A DNA stretch of 64,000 nt. It comes from Candidatus Pacearchaeota archaeon. GTDB taxonomy: Archaea; Nanobdellota; Nanobdellia; Pacearchaeales; GW2011-AR1. Location of the stretch: the NCBI GenBank assembly GCA_023144035.1, contig JAGLGM010000001.1:1091-65090 (forward strand), given 5' to 3'. The position numbers and the translations under genes were made by a program. The notes under the pieces are model-generated. The model had not been told where the DNA came from, made no database searches, and saw only the letters and a list, made by a program, of their open reading frames with translations. The first letter of the stretch is position 1. Each line of letters opens with the position of its first letter. Positions 28,282-41,900 of the stretch are shown one piece after another.

Positions 28282-28728
28282 ATGTTTAAAATAAATATTG
28301 CAGAAAAATCAGGGAAAACCTATAAATTAGAAACAGAAGCTGAAGCTTTAATTGAAAAAACAATTCATGATAAAGTGGATGGTAAAGATATTTCTGAAGA
28401 TTTAGCAGGATATGAATTTGAAATTACTGGAGCTAGTGATAAATCTGGATTTACTGTAATGAAAGATGTTGAAGGCTTTGGAAAAAAGAAAGTATTATTA
28501 GAATATGGAAAAGGTATGAGAAAAAGACCTAGAAGAGAAGGTAAAAAGAAACAAACAACTCCTACTCCAAAAGGATTAAGATTAAGAAAAACAGTTAGAG
28601 GAAAAATTATTTCTCAAGATATAATTCAAATTAATTTAAAATTATTAAAAGAAGGAAATAAAAAACTTTCAGAAATATTTCCAGATCAAAATAAGGCAAA
28701 AGAAGTTCAAAAAAAAGGAAAAAAATAA
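28282..28728 (+). CDS. rps6e: 30S ribosomal protein S6e
   Basis: MFKINIAEKSGKTYKLE...GYEFEITGASDKSGF...RKRPRREGKKK typical S6e. Confidence 0.8.
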   Translation: MFKINIAEKSGKTYKLETEAEALIEKTIHDKVDGKDISEDLAGYEFEITGASDKSGFTVMKDVEGFGKKKVLLEYGKGMRKRPRREGKKKQTTPTPKGLRLRKTVRGKIISQDIIQINLKLLKEGNKKLSEIFPDQNKAKEVQKKGKK

Positions 28729-28783
28729 TCCGTAATTCTTAAATACTCCTTTAACGTAACAAAATTAAAAGAAAAGATATATA

Positions 28784-28850
28784 AATTGAAAAATAAAGGG
28801 GTATTTAAATTGAAAAATAAAGGGGTATTTAAATTGAAAAACAAGGGATT
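28784..28850. repeat. 24-bp tandem repeat x2.7 (attgaaaaataaaggggtatttaa), each unit with AAGGGG + TTG start
   Basis: seen directly; generates KNKGVFKL repeats at N-terminus of ORF 28786..29601. Confidence 0.7.
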
Positions 28851-29601
28851 AATTATTTTCTTGATAATTATTATGTTAAATTTTTCTGGTTTTGTAACAT
28901 CTATGGATTCAAATGAAAAACCAATTATCACTATTAGTATACTTGATTTTGAATCTCCAGCAAAATTAGGAGATTTTATGGATTTTCAATATTCTTTAGG
29001 AGGTGTCTCAGGTATAAATGACGGGCTTAACATTAACTTTGAGATAGAAAAAAATGAAAAAATAATTTCTTCTGGCTCTGACGCAATTTATCTTAATAAT
29101 ACTCAAGAAGAAATAATAAATACAAAAGTATTTCTTCCTTCAAACTTGGAATCTGGAGTTTATAAATTAAAAATAAATGTAAATTATGAAAATTATAGTG
29201 CAGAATCATACAGAACAATTGAAATAAAAGTTACAAGAGGTATTGCATCAATATCATCTAATAATGAAAATTTAAAAATTTATATTATTATTTTTTTATT
29301 AATCCTTCTAGTATTTTTAACCCTGACTTTTATATATAAATTTGAAAAAAGAAAAATAAATAAGGTTTTTATTAAAGAAAAAAAATTTATTAAAAAACAC
29401 AGATTATCTGTTTTAACATTAGGTTTATTCTTAATTTTAGGAATAATAATATATTATTTAAAATTAATTAATGCTTTACTCGGAGTCCCAATCGCTGTTT
29501 ATTATTCATTTTTAGGGATTTTTTTATTAATCTTCTTAATTAATATTGGTTGTAAAAACAAATATATTAAAAAATTGATTTTTAGAAGAAAAAAAAGATA
29601 A
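28786..29601 (+). CDS. membrane protein, mini-paralog of giant-protein C-terminal module (TTG start; true start may be TTG at ~28834)
   Basis: ILDFESPAKLGDFMDFQYSLGGV...YRTIEIKV aligns with ITNFESPVKLGEFFEFTYLLKGM...HRTIEIEV of 29911..42819; then TM, KFEKRKINKVFIKEKKFIKKH, two TM and RRKKR end. Confidence 0.55.
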   Translation: MKNKGVFKLKNKGVFKLKNKGLIIFLIIIMLNFSGFVTSMDSNEKPIITISILDFESPAKLGDFMDFQYSLGGVSGINDGLNINFEIEKNEKIISSGSDAIYLNNTQEEIINTKVFLPSNLESGVYKLKINVNYENYSAESYRTIEIKVTRGIASISSNNENLKIYIIIFLLILLVFLTLTFIYKFEKRKINKVFIKEKKFIKKHRLSVLTLGLFLILGIIIYYLKLINALLGVPIAVYYSFLGIFLLIFLINIGCKNKYIKKLIFRRKKR

Positions 29602-29726
29602 AATAATTCTAAAATTATTAAAAAAAAATAGGTTTTAAAAAGTTATCTTGCCTTATTTTTAATATAAAAAGGGGAATGGGATATAAAAACAAACTATTTA
29701 TTCATAAATTTTATGATACAAAAACC

Positions 29727-29760
29727 TTTATAATCCCTAGTTACTTAGTTACTTAGTAAC
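29727..29760 (+). promoter_or_regulatory. TATA-like TTTATAAT plus 3x TAGTTACT/TAGTAACC repeats forming inverted repeat GTTACT-t-AGTAAC, ending 2 nt before ATG
   Basis: TATA at 29727..29734 about 29 bp upstream of ATG 29763 (leaderless geometry); IR at 29748..29760. Confidence 0.5.
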
Positions 29761-29762
29761 CT

Positions 29763-29909
29763 ATGAAATCCAAAACAATTAAGATAAAAGAGGAAAATTA
29801 TAAATGGCTTCTTAAGATAGCTTCAGATATTCAAAAAAAAGTCGGGAGACCTGTTTCATTTGATGAGGCACTGACAAAAATAAAAAAGGAAAATAAGGAA
29901 AAAAAATAA
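29763..29909 (+). CDS. 48-aa RHH/VapB-like (PF02697-type) DNA-binding protein directly upstream of giant gene
   Basis: MKSKTIKIKEENYKWLLKIASDIQKKVGRPVSFDEALTKI; same pattern as 11600..11836 and 47302..47511 proteins; stop 2 nt before giant-gene ATG. Confidence 0.5.
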   Translation: MKSKTIKIKEENYKWLLKIASDIQKKVGRPVSFDEALTKIKKENKEKK

Positions 29910-29910
29910 A

Positions 29911-32900
29911 ATGAGCTATAAAGGGGTTATAAAATTTAGGAGAGTGAAAATCAAAAAAGATCCTCTTCCAAAAGAAAAAATCATATTCTCTATTTTTTTA
30001 GGACTTTTTTTCTTTATTCTTATGGTATCTTTTTTTAATAATGCAAATCTTTGGAATACAGGAAGTGTAATTTCTGAAAATACAGGAGAATCAAAAAATA
30101 CAGCTATTATAAATTTTGTAATTGAATTAACAGATGCTAAGCATTTAGATTTTAATAAAAATTTTATATCAAATATTTATGAAGAAGTGAGAGAATTAGA
30201 CAATATTTGGAGCAAACAAATTTCTTCTGAAGAATATATTAGAGTAACTTTTGAAGAAAACTTAACTTCAAAAAAAGATATTACAATTTATCCAAGAATA
30301 ATTTCAGGAGATCCAAGAATTGAAGTTTATGAAACAAATGAAACACAATTAATTGCTGAATTTACAAATCTTATTTCAAACGAATATAACAAGGTTTTCT
30401 TGACAAAACTTATAGGAAAGCAAGATACATTTGATTTATTGATTTTAGGAGGAAGTTTAATCATTGATCACATTATTGATCCTGAAGAAATATTAACTCC
30501 TCTTTTACATGCAAACAGCCAATTAAATTCAGTGGCTCTAGATTCTGCCCAAATAACTGCAATTACATCTGATGATGCAAGTGATATTACAATTGGCAAA
30601 GCAATAATCTTAACAGTAGAAATGAGTGAATTGTCAGGAACAATAGATACTCTAACTGACGCAAACTGTAGCTTAGTTTATTCAACAGCAACAAGCTATC
30701 CTGCTGACTCTATAACTTTTGAAGTTTATGATAGTTTTGGAGGAAACCAAGTAGCTATTTCAACTCTTCCAGCTTCTGATGGAGTTGATTCATTAGTTCA
30801 TCTTTTAGATTTAGAAACAACAGGTTTGGCAGCCTCAGAAGTTACTACAATGGTAGTTTATGTAACAAATACTATTGCAGCAAAAGGTTATAATCTTTTA
30901 GTAGATCAAATATATTGTACTATTGATTACACAGAAGCAGTACCAAACACTCCTCCAACACTTTCAGGACTTCCAGAGGTCAATGATGATGAGGATTTTG
31001 GAACAAATAATTCAGTAATGGATTTATGGGATTATGCTTCTGATGCTGAAGATGCTGATAGTGTATTAACATATGGGATTAATAGTGAAAGCGAAACCTC
31101 AATTGTAGATTGTGATATCTATGATTCTCATTATATTACCTGTACTTCTCAAGCAAATGCTTCAGGTTACAGTGATGTGAATGTTTCTGTAACAGATACA
31201 GGAGGATTAAAAGATAGTGATGTATTTAGATTTACAGTTAATACTATCAATGATGATCCTTGGTCAGATTCAATTGCAAATCCTGCATCAATAAATGAAG
31301 ATTCAGGACTTAATGACAATATTGTAAGTATAACTACAATAAACACTGCATTTAGAGATGTTGAAGAGGACCAATCTCCAACAAGTTGTACTATTGCTTC
31401 TGAAACAGACACGACTGCAGTTGATTGTGAAGTAGATGGAAGCTATAATGTAGATTGTACTACTCAGGCAAATCAGTCAGGAAGCAATATAGTAACATTA
31501 AACTGTTGTGATTCTGGAAGTTCATGCACTGATATGGATACTTTTACAGTAACAGTAGATGCTGTAAATGACAATCCTTGGAATGATGGGTTGTCTAATC
31601 CAGGCAATGTTAATGAAGATTCAGGACTTGCTGATAATATAATTACAAAAGCAACACTAGACAACACATTCAGAGATGTTGAAGAGGACCAATCTCCAAC
31701 AAGTTATGCTATTCAAAGCCAGACAGGAAGTTCAATAATAAATTGTGCATTAGATGGAAGCAATAATATAGACTGCACTACTCAAGCAAATCAGTCAGGA
31801 AGTAATATAGTAACAGTAAGATTATCTGACAGCGGAACATTATATACAGAAATGACATTCACAATCACAGTAGATTCTATAAATGACCAACCATGGGTTG
31901 ACGGCTTATCAGACCCAACAAATTTAAGTTATAATTCTGGATTAAATCAAGATGTTATTTCCTCAACAGAAATTGATGATAATTTTAGAGATGTAGAAAA
32001 TGACCAAAACCCATCAAGCGTGGTTATATTATCTCAAACCCATACTGAAATAGTTAATTGTGAATTAGATGGACATGCTTTAGATTGTACAACTCAAACA
32101 AACCAGCATGGAATCTCTACTGTTACACTAAATTACACCGACGCTGAAGGATTAAGCATAACAGATTCCATGGATATAAGCATAACACCAGACACAACAA
32201 CACCAACAATCCAAGTTCAATCTCCGACAAATAATTCTTATACAGTATCTACAATTTATTTCAATGCTACTGCGAGTGAAACTATAGATACATGGATTGT
32301 AAATTATAATGGAACAAATATAACCCACACTATCAATACTTCACTAGAAGTTGAAGATGGAAACCATAACCTATTGTTGTATGCTAATGATTCTGCTAAT
32401 AATTTTGGATTAAATGATACAATTTACTTTACTGTAGATACTCAAGAACCAAGTTTAAGCAATGAATTTTCTAATGAAACAGAAATATCACAAAATGAAT
32501 TGTTCTGCCTAAATATAACTGTAACAGATTCTCTAAATTCAATTGATACTGTCTATGCAGAAGTTTGGGATACTAGTTCTTGGGCAAATTATTCAATGTC
32601 CGAAGATGGAACATCTTGTAGTGGAACTTCTATTGATGGAATTTATGGTGTAGAAATAATTGGAAGCAATGTAGGATTATGGAATTATAGTAAGGTTTAT
32701 GCAAATGATAGCTTAAATAATTTAAACAGTTATGATTTTTCAGATTTAACAATAAATGTAACTGCTCCTGCAGATTCTACTTATCCTCAATTTGCAAATT
32801 TCCAAACATATCCTTCAAATAATTCAGAATATTCTCTAAATTATAATTATCAATTTAATTCAACAATAACTTTTACTAATTCAACAGTTTATCTAAGTTT

Positions 32901-35900
32901 TAATGGGGAAAATTATAGTGCAACAAATGATACAGTAGATAATTTTTATGTTAATACTGGATCTATATCAGCAGGAACTTATGATTATTTTTGGTGGAGT
33001 TATGGAAATGGTTCTTTAAAAAATTATAATCAAAGTAACACAAAAGATTATACTATTGCAACAAATAATTCTGATTGTCAAGTATTATTTAATGAAACAT
33101 CTTCACTTGAATATGGAAATAGTTTTAGAGTATACACAGATTGTGACTCAACTTTTACACTTTATAAAAATGGAACAACAATAGATAATAATTCAGAACA
33201 AAATTTAGGAGCAGATGCTTATAATTTCACAGTTCAAAGAGCAGATGCTACAAACTATACAAATTATTATGATGAAGCACAGTTTATAATAAGTCAAGCT
33301 ACTCCTGTTATGACATATTATCTAAATAGTGTACAAAATAATATTTCACTTAATTATCCAGGAACAATTAATGCATCAGCGTATACAACAGTTGGAACAA
33401 TAAACATTTACAGAAATGGAACAAGTGTAACAAGTGAAAATAATTTAGATATTAATCTTGTTGCAGGATATTATGAATATTTATTTAATGTTACAGGTAA
33501 TGCAAATTACTCAGATGTTTCAAATGAATATTTATACTTTGAACTTAACCAAAGCACATCTGATTGTCAAGTATTATTTAATGAAACATCTTCACTTGAA
33601 TATGGAAATAGTTTTAGAGTATACACAGATTGTGACTCAACTTTTACACTTTATAAAAATGGAACAACAATAGAGAATAATTCAGAACAAAATTTAGGAG
33701 CAGATGCTTATAATTTCACAGTTCAAAGAGCAGATGCTACAAACTATACAAATTATTATGATGAAGTACAATTTATAATAAATCAAGCAATTGGAGAAGT
33801 AGCTACATATATTGATAACTTAAGAAATAATAATTCTGTGCTTTTAAATACTGAAAGATGGCTTAATGCAACTATTATAAATCCTAATTCTGGTAATATA
33901 AAATTATATTATGATGATAATCTAATAAATCAAGGAAATTCCCCTTTATCTAATCTAACTAATTTTACTAGCGAAGGAGTATTTAATATAAGTGCTATTT
34001 ATGATGGAAATGAAAATTATACTTCAGATATTGAAACTTGGTGGGTTACAGTAAGTTCAGATTCTGCACCTACAATAAATATAATTTATCCAGAAAATAC
34101 ATTTTACAACACAGACATAATTGTTTTAAATTATACAGTTGTGGACGATATAGACTTAAGCCATTGTTGGTATAGTTTGAATAATGGAACTACTAATTCT
34201 TCTTTTGATTCTAATTGTGCTAATGTAACAGGATTAACTGCAAATCAAGGAAGCAATACTTGGTTTGTATATGCAAATGATTCAATAGGACAAGAAAGTT
34301 TAGACTTTGTAACCTTTACAAAAGACACTATTTATCCAAACTTTACAAGTTATGAAAAAAACCCAGCAACACCAAATGAAGACCAAGATATTCAAGTTAA
34401 TGTTACAATAACAGAATCAAATATAGATAAAGTTATTTTAGAATGGGACTCTACAAACTATACTATCACAACTTCAAATAATAATGAATATTATTTTACA
34501 ATTAACAACGGAAACTATACAGCACATGATTCTGTAACATATTATTGGTATGCAAATGACACTGCAGGAAATATAAATAAATCAACACAACAATCTTTTA
34601 CAGTTGCAAATCAAATACCCTCGGTCTCAGCGCCAGAAGTAAATAACACAACTCCTTATACTAATGATTTAATTTCATGTAACTCAGGAACTTTCTCTGA
34701 TGATGATGCAGAAGATACTGAACAAGCAAGATATTTTAAGTGGTATGACACAGATGTTGAAATTTCAGGGCAAACTTCTCAAACTTTAGATTTAACAACA
34801 GCTGGATTGGACAAAGGAGATGTAATCTTATGTTCAATAAGAGTTTATGACGGGTATGATAATTCTTCATATCAAAACTCAAGTAATTCGGCAACAATAC
34901 AAAATTCTAATCCAATTATTTCAAATTTACAAACAACTGTAAGTTGGAATGCTAATGGTTCAACTTATACATATGATTATGAAGTCACAGATTTAGATTC
35001 TGATTCTTTTATATGGTATGATAACACAACTTTATTTAATATAAATTCTGGAACAGGTGTAATTTCAGATATACCTACAGAAAATGAAGCAGGAACTTAT
35101 TTAATTGAAATAAATGTTTCAGATGGAACAGTTAATACAACAGATATTTTTAGTTATACAATAAATGATGTGGGTTCTCCAAACATAGATTTCCAACCGC
35201 CAACAGAAACAAACGAATCCCAATTAACAAGAGATTACATACAAGTAAATATAACTGCTTCTGACAGCATTGGAATAGATACAATAACAATTTATTTATA
35301 CAATCAAACATCTCTTGTAAATGAGACAACAAATCCAACTTCACCTTACTTTGTTAACTTTACAAATTTACCAGATGAATTTTATTATTTCAACGCCACT
35401 GTTAATGATACTTCTGGAAATACAAATCAAACAGAAACAATAACTGTTTCAACAGATACAGGAGCTCCAACAATAAATTCTGTGGCTCCTACAGAAACTT
35501 CAGGAATTCACAAGAACCAAAACTATGTTGAAGTAAATGTTACTGCTTCTGACCCTAATCTTGATAAAATTATTATAAGATTATATAATTCAGCACATAC
35601 ACAAATAGACTCAACTACAACATCATCTTCTCCGAATTTTGCAAATTTCACAGGATTAAATAATGGATTATATTATTATAATGTCACAGCTAATGATACT
35701 TTTGGAAATACTGATTCATTAGAAACAAAGAATATTACTTTAGATACAACAAAGCCATCTGTGTTATATAACCCAAGTACAGATGCAGATAATTCTTTTG
35801 TAAACAGAAACTGGATTTTAATAAACATATCAGCAAATGATACTAATTTAGATTCTGCGAGAATGGAATTTGATTCAACAAATGAAACTTTTGCTAACAA

Positions 35901-38900
35901 TGACGAAAATAATTACTGGGAAAACAAAACTTCACTTTCTAATGGAGATTATAGTTTTTATAGTTGGGCAAATGATAGTGCTGAAAATTACAATTTTACA
36001 ACAACAAGAACTGTAACAGTTGATACAATAAATCCTCTAATTGATTTTGCTATAGAAACTTCCATAAATAACTCAAATTTATCACAAAATTATATTTTTG
36101 TAAATGCAACTCTCACAGAAACAAATTTCCAAAATATTACTTATAAATTATATAATTCAACCTCATTAGTAAATGAAACAATTTACACAACCCAAACATT
36201 AAACATCAACTGGACATTACTACCAAATGAAATTTATACATATAATATAACAACTTCTGATAAAGCTTCAAATTTAAATTCAACTGCGACAAGAACAATA
36301 ACATTAGATACTGTACTTCCTCAACTAAATATAATTTATCCTCAAAGTAACACTTATACTGTAGATATCACTCAGTTAAATTATACTTATACAGAAACAA
36401 TTCCAGACAAATGCTGGTGGTCAAATAATTCTGGAATATGGAATTCCTCACTGCAAACCTGCGGAACAAATTGGACAGGATTAACATCAAATGAAGGAAG
36501 CAATACATGGACAATTTATATGAATGACTCAGCAGGAAATGAAAATTCAACAAGTGTTATCTTTACAAAAGACACTGCTTATCCTGCTGTAACAATAAAC
36601 TCTCCCCTTAATCAAACTTATGATACAACCACTATATTATTTAATGTAACAGCAACAGATGGGGGAGGAATAAGTGCTTGTGAGTATAGTTTAAGTGATG
36701 GTTTAGACAATAATTCAATGAGTCAATCAGGAAATTTCTGGACAGCCACAAACTCGTCTATGATTCAGGGTTCTCATACTGTTAATTTTTATTGTAATGA
36801 TAGTTCTGGAAATTTAAATGACACAAAACAAGAGACTTTCTTTATAGATTCAATTTATCCATTAATATCTTTTACAACAGGAACAGAAAATAATGATACT
36901 AGTCTTGTTAGAAATTGGATTTTTGCAAATGTAACAGTAACAGAAAATAACTTTGAAAATATAACTTATATACTTTACAATTCTACTGAAGAAGTTAATA
37001 CAACAACTTATACTACAGAAATAAAAGAAATAAACTGGACTGGCTTATCAGATGAGGTCTATACTTATAATGTAACAATCTGTGATCTTGTAAATAAATG
37101 TAACACAACTGAAACAAGAACAATAAGATTAGATACTTCAAATCCAGAAATTTACTATAATCCAAACACAGATTCAAATAATTCTTTTGTAAATAAAAAC
37201 TGGGTTTTCATAAATATAACAGCTTCTGATTTAACTAAAGATTCAGTTAGATTAGAATGGGGTGGAACAAATGAAACTTTTAGTAATTCAGATGGAGATT
37301 TATACTGGGAAAATAAAACAGGATTATCAGAAACAGTATACAATTTCTATGCATGGATAAATGATTCTTCAGGAAATTTAAATTCAACTGCGACAAGAAC
37401 AGTTACAATTGATCTCACAAAACCTTCAATAACAAATCTTGTGGAATCTCCTACTGACCCTACAAGCTGGACATCATCATCAACTTATCAATTTAATGCA
37501 ACAATCACAGACACAAACTTAGATACTGTTTTAATTGAATTTGACAATGTAAATTATACTCCAACAAAAACAGGAGATGTTTATAATTTAACATTAAATA
37601 ATCTAGTTGCTGGAAACTACAATTATTATTGGTATGCTAATGATTCTGCAGGAAATGTTAATCAAACTTCAGATAGTTACACTATAAATAAAAATACAGA
37701 AAATTGCCAAATTCTTTTCAATGAATCTTCTCCTCAAACTTATCCTGCAACTTTTTTAGTTTATACAGATTGTAATTCTGATTTTACTTTAACAAAAAAT
37801 GGAACCACAATCTCAAATAATACTGAACAAATCCTATCTGCAAGTGCTTATAATTTTAGTGTTCAAAGAACTGACACAGTAAATTACTCAAATACAATTG
37901 ATGAATCACAATTTATTGTAAATCAAGCAACAGGAAATATCACTTTATTAATTAATGATTCTGCATTAAATCAATCAGGACCTTATGGCACACAAACAAA
38001 TGTAAGTGCAACAACTTCTTACGGAAGTGTTACTTTATATAGAAATGAAACAGAAATTACAAGCGAGAATAATGTTTATGTAACCCTTGCAGCAAATTAT
38101 TATAATTATACAGCATATTCTTCAGGAGACCAAAATCACAGTTCTGCCTCAATAACAAAATTTGTTACAATCACAAAAACAAACAGTGAAATAAATTTAA
38201 CATTAAATGAAACAAGAGGAAATATTACAATAGTTCAAGATTCTGAAATTTATCTTAATACAACAACAATTTCAGGAGATTCTAGCGCTACATTAAAAAT
38301 GTATGACTCTGGCACACTAATTAATCAAGGAAATTCCCCAATTATTAATTTAACCACTTTTAGTTCGGTTGGAGAATTTAATATTACTGGGATTTATGTT
38401 GAAAGTGAAAATTTCACAGGATATTCTGAAACATGGTGGGTAAATGTAACAGAAACCCCTGACACAGAAAATCCAAGTGTTGCTTCCCTAACTAAAACCC
38501 CTTCTAGTCCTACAACTTATTCCCTAAGTCAAATTTATGAATTTAATGCTACTATAACTGATAATAGAAATATCCATACAGTTTTGATTGAATTTGACGG
38601 AACAAACTATACTCCAACAAACCTCGTAGGAAATATTTATAATTTTACCATAAATAACTTATCAGTTGGAAATTATAATTATAGATGGTATGCAAATGAT
38701 ACTTCTGGAAACATGAATAGTACTGAAAATAGTTCTTATATAATAAATCAAGCCACACCTTCTTTAAGTTTAAATGCAAACCCAAGCTGGTCAGAAACTT
38801 ACCTAACACAAACAACTGTAACTGGCTCTGAATGTCCTGCACAATTAACAAGCGAATGTAAATTATATAGAAATGATACAGGAATTGTAGATAATCCTAA

Positions 38901-41900
38901 TATTGTAACACTTGGTGTTGGAATTTACAATTATACTTATAATACAACAGGAAATACAAATTATACTTCTTACTCAAATTCCAGCAATCTAATAATATCT
39001 CAAAATACAGGTTCGTGTAGTATTGTATTTAATGAATCTTCTAGTATAACTTATCCTTCAACATTTAAAGTTTGGACAAATTGCACTTCTGACTTTATTT
39101 TATACAGAAACCAAACAACAATAGATAATAATTCAGAACAAAATTTAGGAGCAGGAGCTTACAACTTTACAGTTATGAGAACAGATGCTACAAACTATAC
39201 AAATTATTATGATGAACAAATATTCCAAATTAACAAAGCAACAGGAGAAGTAGCTACTTATATTGATAATCAACAAAGCAATAAATCTCTTGAACAATAT
39301 ACAGAAATTTATCTCAATGCTACTTTAGAAACTGGAACAGGAAATATTAAACTTTATAACAATGAAACCTTAATTAATCAAGGCTCTTCCCCTTTAAACA
39401 ATTTAACAAACTTTACAATTATAGGACTATATAATATTACTACAATTTATGATGGAAATGAAAATTATACTTCAGATATTGAAACTTGGTGGGTTAATGT
39501 TACAGAAGCAGATGTAACTCCACCACAAATATCAATAATTTATCCACAAAATATTTCTTATTCTGAAATTCAAACGCAATTAAATTACACAGCATCAGAT
39601 AATTTTGGATTAAATTTATGTTGGTATTCGGTAGATAATGGACAAACAAATACAACAAAAAATTGTAATGAAAATATTACTGGCTTAAATTCTGGACAAG
39701 GAAGTTCAACATGGAATGTTTATGCAAATGATTCAAAAAATAATTTAAATTTCTCATCAGTCACATTTTTTGTTGACAGTATTCTTCCTACAATTCAATT
39801 TGAATCTCCAACAGAAACTTCTGGAAATTCTCTGGGAAAAAATTATCTACAAGTTAATGTAACTGCAAGCGATGATAATCTTAACACTATAACATTTTAC
39901 CTTTACAATTCAACATCTTTGGTAAATGAAACATCCTATCTTAGTTTTCCTTATTTTATTAATTACACAGGACTTTCAGCAGAAACTTATTACTTTAATG
40001 CAACAGCAAATGATACTCTTGGAAATAATATCTCAACAGAAACACGAAATATTTCTTTAGTTTTACCAGAATTAACAATCTATAAACCAAATAATGAAAC
40101 TTATATATCTAGTAAAGATATTCCATTAAGATACTCTGCTGAATATGAAGATTATGTATGGTATAATATTAACCAAACAGAAAATATAACAATAACAGGT
40201 AATACAACATTTAACACAACTCAAGGACAACATACACTTTATTTATATGCTAACAATACACTTGGCGAAACAGTAAAAAATGTGAGCTTCAGTGTTGATA
40301 TAGCTAAATTTGTAGTCTTTTATAATGAATTTAAAGATGAAGGAAGCTCAACAGATTTTAATCAATCTTCTTATGAAGATATACAAAATTTAAGTGATAT
40401 AGTTCTTGAAAATGCAGATTATGGAAAAATAGAATTTAATGAAATAATAAATTTAACAGATGATACAAATATAAGTGATAATGAAGCTGATCTTGATACT
40501 TATATAAATATTTCTTCTAATTTGATTGAAATAGATTCAACAGTATTACCTAATTTTAATAAATCTGCTACTCTTTATTTATACAATCTAACATTTATAA
40601 CTCCAAGAATTTTGAAAGATGGAGTAATATGCCCTTCAACAATTTGCACTCAGCAAAGCTATTCTGGAGGAACATTAATATTCAATGTTACAGGATTTAC
40701 AACTTATTCTGCAGAAGAAATTCCTGGAACTCCTACTACTCCTATTACTCCTACTTCTACTTCAACAGGAGGTGGCTGGAGTATTGAATGTATTAAAGAT
40801 TCTGATTGTGAAGAAGAAGACCAAGTTTGTCTAAATAGTAAATGTGTAAAACTTTTCGACATAAAAATAACTAATTTTGAATCTCCTGTAAAATTAGGTG
40901 AATTTTTTGAATTTACTTATTTATTAAAAGGGATGGCAAATATAAGTGGAGATGTTCAAGTTTTATTCTGGATTGAAAAAGAAGGGGAAAGTGTAACTTC
41001 TGGTTCAGATGTAATTTACGTAGGAAATTTTGAAGAAAAAATAGAAACTACAAAAATATTTTTACCAAGCACAGTAGCTTCAGGAACATATCAATTTTTT
41101 GTTAAACTAAACTATGAAGGTTATACAGTTCAATCACACAGAACAATAGAAATAGAAGTTGAAGGAGAAATAGCAAAAATAACCTCGATTGAAGAAATTA
41201 ATTTCCTTAAAAAATATGTAATTTCTTTTTTAATTGGTTTAGCAATACTTATCTTAGGACTCATATTTTACATAGAAAGAAAGAAAATAAAAGAAAAATT
41301 CCTACAAGAAGAAAAATGTATTAAAAAACATAAAACTTCAATCTTAGTATTTTGTTTGTTCCTTGTAATAGGTATTTTAGCTTATTATTTAAAATTATTT
41401 GATTTAGCTGCCAAAACCATTCTCAAATTAATAAAAAGCCCCTATCTTTTTTATATTTTAGGAGCAATTATTCTCTTAATTATTTTAAAGAGATTAATAA
41501 CAATTGCGAAAAAAAGAGAGTTTGTTAATAAATTTAAAAAATGGAAAAACAAAAGAAGAATAAAGAAAAGACTAAAAAAGAAATACAAATCAGAAGTTAA
41601 AAAAATTAAAAAACATCTAAAAACAGTTACAAAAATTCGTGCTGAAAGAAAACAAGAAGCAAGACGCAAACATCGAAAAGAGTATATAAAAGCATTAATT
41701 AGATTCAGAATAAGGAAAAAGAAAAAAGCTACTTCTAAAAAGAGAAAAAAGAAAATTAAAAAATCCCATAAGTTAAAAAGAGAAAAATTTAAAGCAAAAC
41801 TAAAAAAGAAGATTCAGAAATTCTTCTTCAAATTATCTAAATTAAAAATTCTCAAAAAACACAAAGAAAAAATCAAAGAAAAAAGAAAAATAAATAAACC

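Noticed and set aside
33070-33766. Two 208-bp near-identical segments that could be a DGR template/variable repeat pair.
   Set aside because: No reverse transcriptase in the window. Both copies are in-frame parts of the same gene. The few mismatches are not adenine-specific. Interpreted as a recent internal domain duplication.
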